Notes under the pieces: model-generated
The model's database searches: none
Told to the model about the DNA's origin: nothing
The model's input: only the letters and a program-made list of their open reading frames with translations
In this document: positions 62,642 through 64,000 of the stretch, piece by piece
How the letters are laid out: each line of letters opens with the position of its first letter
Numbering within the stretch: the first letter of the stretch is position 1
Origin: Planctomycetaceae bacterium
Lineage (GTDB): Bacteria; Planctomycetota; PLA2
Assembly: GCA_052388375.1 (NCBI GenBank)
Contig: JBQTIG010000038.1
Location: 927 to 64,926, forward strand
DNA length: 64,000 bases
Direction: 5' to 3'
Made by a program: the position numbers and the translations under genes

Positions 62642-63973
62642 ATGATTCCCTTTCCGCCCATGGCGTCTCTCCGGATCGTCGTCTTTCTCCTCGCCGCCGC
62701 CGCGGCCGCCGCGTCGGAGGAGGACCTGGCGACCGAGAACGCCCGGCTGCGGGGAGAGCTCGCGACGTTGAAGGGGGCGGATCCGGATGCCGCCACACGG
62801 CGGGTGATCGAGCAGTACCTCGAGGATTCCCGGCCGGCGGGGGGCGCGCAAGCGGCGACCTGCGGCTTCGACCACGGCTTCTTCCTCGCCGCCGCCGACG
62901 GGCTCCACCTCCTGCGTTTCAACCTCGTCGCGCAGTTCGGCTGGTTCGCCAGCCGCGACTACAGCGACACGCACAGCCAGGCGCAGTCGGTGTTCGAGCT
63001 GGAGTCGCTCCGGCTGCGCCTCTCGGGGCACGCCTTCACCGAGCGTCTCACCTTCTTCGTGGACCTCGAATTGGCCCCGGCGGCGCGCCGCTTCCAAACG
63101 ACCGCCGACACGATCTCGGAGGGGTACTTCGTCTACCACCGCCGCCCCTGGGAGCACCTCCGCTTCAAGGGGGGGCGCTTCCGCCCCCGGTTCACCTCCG
63201 GGGAGGAGGCGGCGGACCACGCGCTGATGTTCGCCGCCCGCAGCCTGGTGAACGAGTTCTTCACGGTCGGGCGGACCGAGGGCATCGCCATCGTGGTGGA
63301 GAACCTGCGCGGAGGCCGCTCCGCCGTGGAGCTTGCCATCACGAACGGCTCCGAGCGCTTCAACCCCGACGCCCCCGTGATCGCGGACGACTCCCGCGCG
63401 GTCGTGAGCTTTCGCTGGGCGCGCACCCTGATCGGCGAGGGGGTGCCCTGGACCCACGCGGCGTTCGAGGGCGATCCGGGACAGAGCGCGGAGCCGGTCC
63501 TCGTGCTGGGGATAGGAGTGCACTTCGAGGACACGGTGATCGGGTCCATGGCGCAGGTTCAGTACAGGCAGATGACCGTCGACCTGATGTGGCGCCGGGA
63601 GGGGATGTGGGCCACCCTCAATCTATTCGGGCGCTTCCATAAGGAGGGGCTCGCAGGTGGGGGCGGGGAGGACTTCGGCGCCCATGCCGCCTTCGCGCGG
63701 TACCTGGTTCCCGGGCGCATCGCCCTCGCCTTTCGCGCCGGCTGGATCGAGTATGCCGCCGTCTCGGGCGGAGGCAGCGATCTCCTCGAGGCCACCTTCA
63801 GCTTCATCTTTTCTTGGCGCGACGAGGCTGGGAGCGTGCCCGGAGACCGGCTGAAGGTGAACCTCGACCTGGGATACGTCCAGAACGTGGCCCTGGGCTC
63901 GATGACCGCCGAGTTGCCCGCTGGATTCGTACAGGGGCTGGTCTTTCGCGCCCTGCTGACGGTCATCTTCTGA
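62642..63973 (+). CDS. Outer-membrane porin (phosphate-selective OprO/OprP-like)
   Basis: A signal peptide and coiled-coil N-terminus are followed by amphipathic beta strands that end in a terminal Phe (LLTVIF). Confidence 0.5.
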   Translation: MIPFPPMASLRIVVFLLAAAAAAASEEDLATENARLRGELATLKGADPDAATRRVIEQYLEDSRPAGGAQAATCGFDHGFFLAAADGLHLLRFNLVAQFGWFASRDYSDTHSQAQSVFELESLRLRLSGHAFTERLTFFVDLELAPAARRFQTTADTISEGYFVYHRRPWEHLRFKGGRFRPRFTSGEEAADHALMFAARSLVNEFFTVGRTEGIAIVVENLRGGRSAVELAITNGSERFNPDAPVIADDSRAVVSFRWARTLIGEGVPWTHAAFEGDPGQSAEPVLVLGIGVHFEDTVIGSMAQVQYRQMTVDLMWRREGMWATLNLFGRFHKEGLAGGGGEDFGAHAAFARYLVPGRIALAFRAGWIEYAAVSGGGSDLLEATFSFIFSWRDEAGSVPGDRLKVNLDLGYVQNVALGSMTAELPAGFVQGLVFRALLTVIF

Positions 63974-64000
63974 GCTTGCTCCCCTCCGGGCGGCCGCAGG

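Noticed and set aside
1-64000. tRNA, rRNA, CRISPR arrays
   Set aside because: I saw no cloverleaf-like segments, no rRNA-like stretches and no regularly spaced direct repeats by eye. tRNAscan-SE, barrnap and CRISPRCasFinder would be needed to be certain.

Overview
This is a 64 kb segment of a high-GC (about 70%) bacterial chromosome, probably from a Gram-negative such as a Myxococcota- or Gemmatimonadota-like organism; I cannot place it more precisely from sequence alone. The six-frame track is full of long arginine/proline-rich antisense ORFs, which is expected at this GC content. I called genes by domain signatures, third-position GC and gene-boundary logic. A striking house style is translational coupling through 4-nt GTGA/ATGA start/stop overlaps, which I could see at 7 junctions.

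About 65 CDS are supportable. Housekeeping genes:
- nadE with a downstream NrtR-like NUDIX regulator
- trpS coupled to tryptophan 2,3-dioxygenase
- pcm
- a glcDEF glycolate oxidase operon
- bfd-bfr
- a LepB-like signal peptidase
- aminotransferase
- an Lpd-like disulfide reductase
- Nit-family hydrolase
- a GalE-family epimerase

Envelope, signalling and accessory genes:
- two paralogous secreted HEAT-repeat + VWA proteins
- two membrane proteins carrying FGE/SUMF1 domains, one inside an ECF sigma / anti-sigma operon
- a sigma-28-family sigma factor
- a partner-switching module: a GHKL ATPase with an N-terminal extension plus a DUF4325 STAS protein
- an 804-aa lipoprotein with an internal pseudopilin-like domain
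- a papain-family lipoprotein with a (PDPT)n linker
- a B12-radical-SAM / tetraheme cytochrome c / secreted protein / CE4 deacetylase cluster
- a prenol-kinase + DUF92 pair
- a standalone HNH nuclease near a nucleotidyltransferase-fold gene pair

Mobile or repeat content:
- two 95%-identical 163-169 bp MITE-like repeats with terminal inverted repeats, 33 kb apart
- an IS110-family transposase 5' remnant whose ribosome-binding site is buried in an 11-bp stem
- a perfect 43-bp tandem duplication spanning a stop codon
- an 11-C homopolymer upstream of the protease gene
- an orphan rho-independent terminator

I found no rRNA, no tRNA and no CRISPR by eye.
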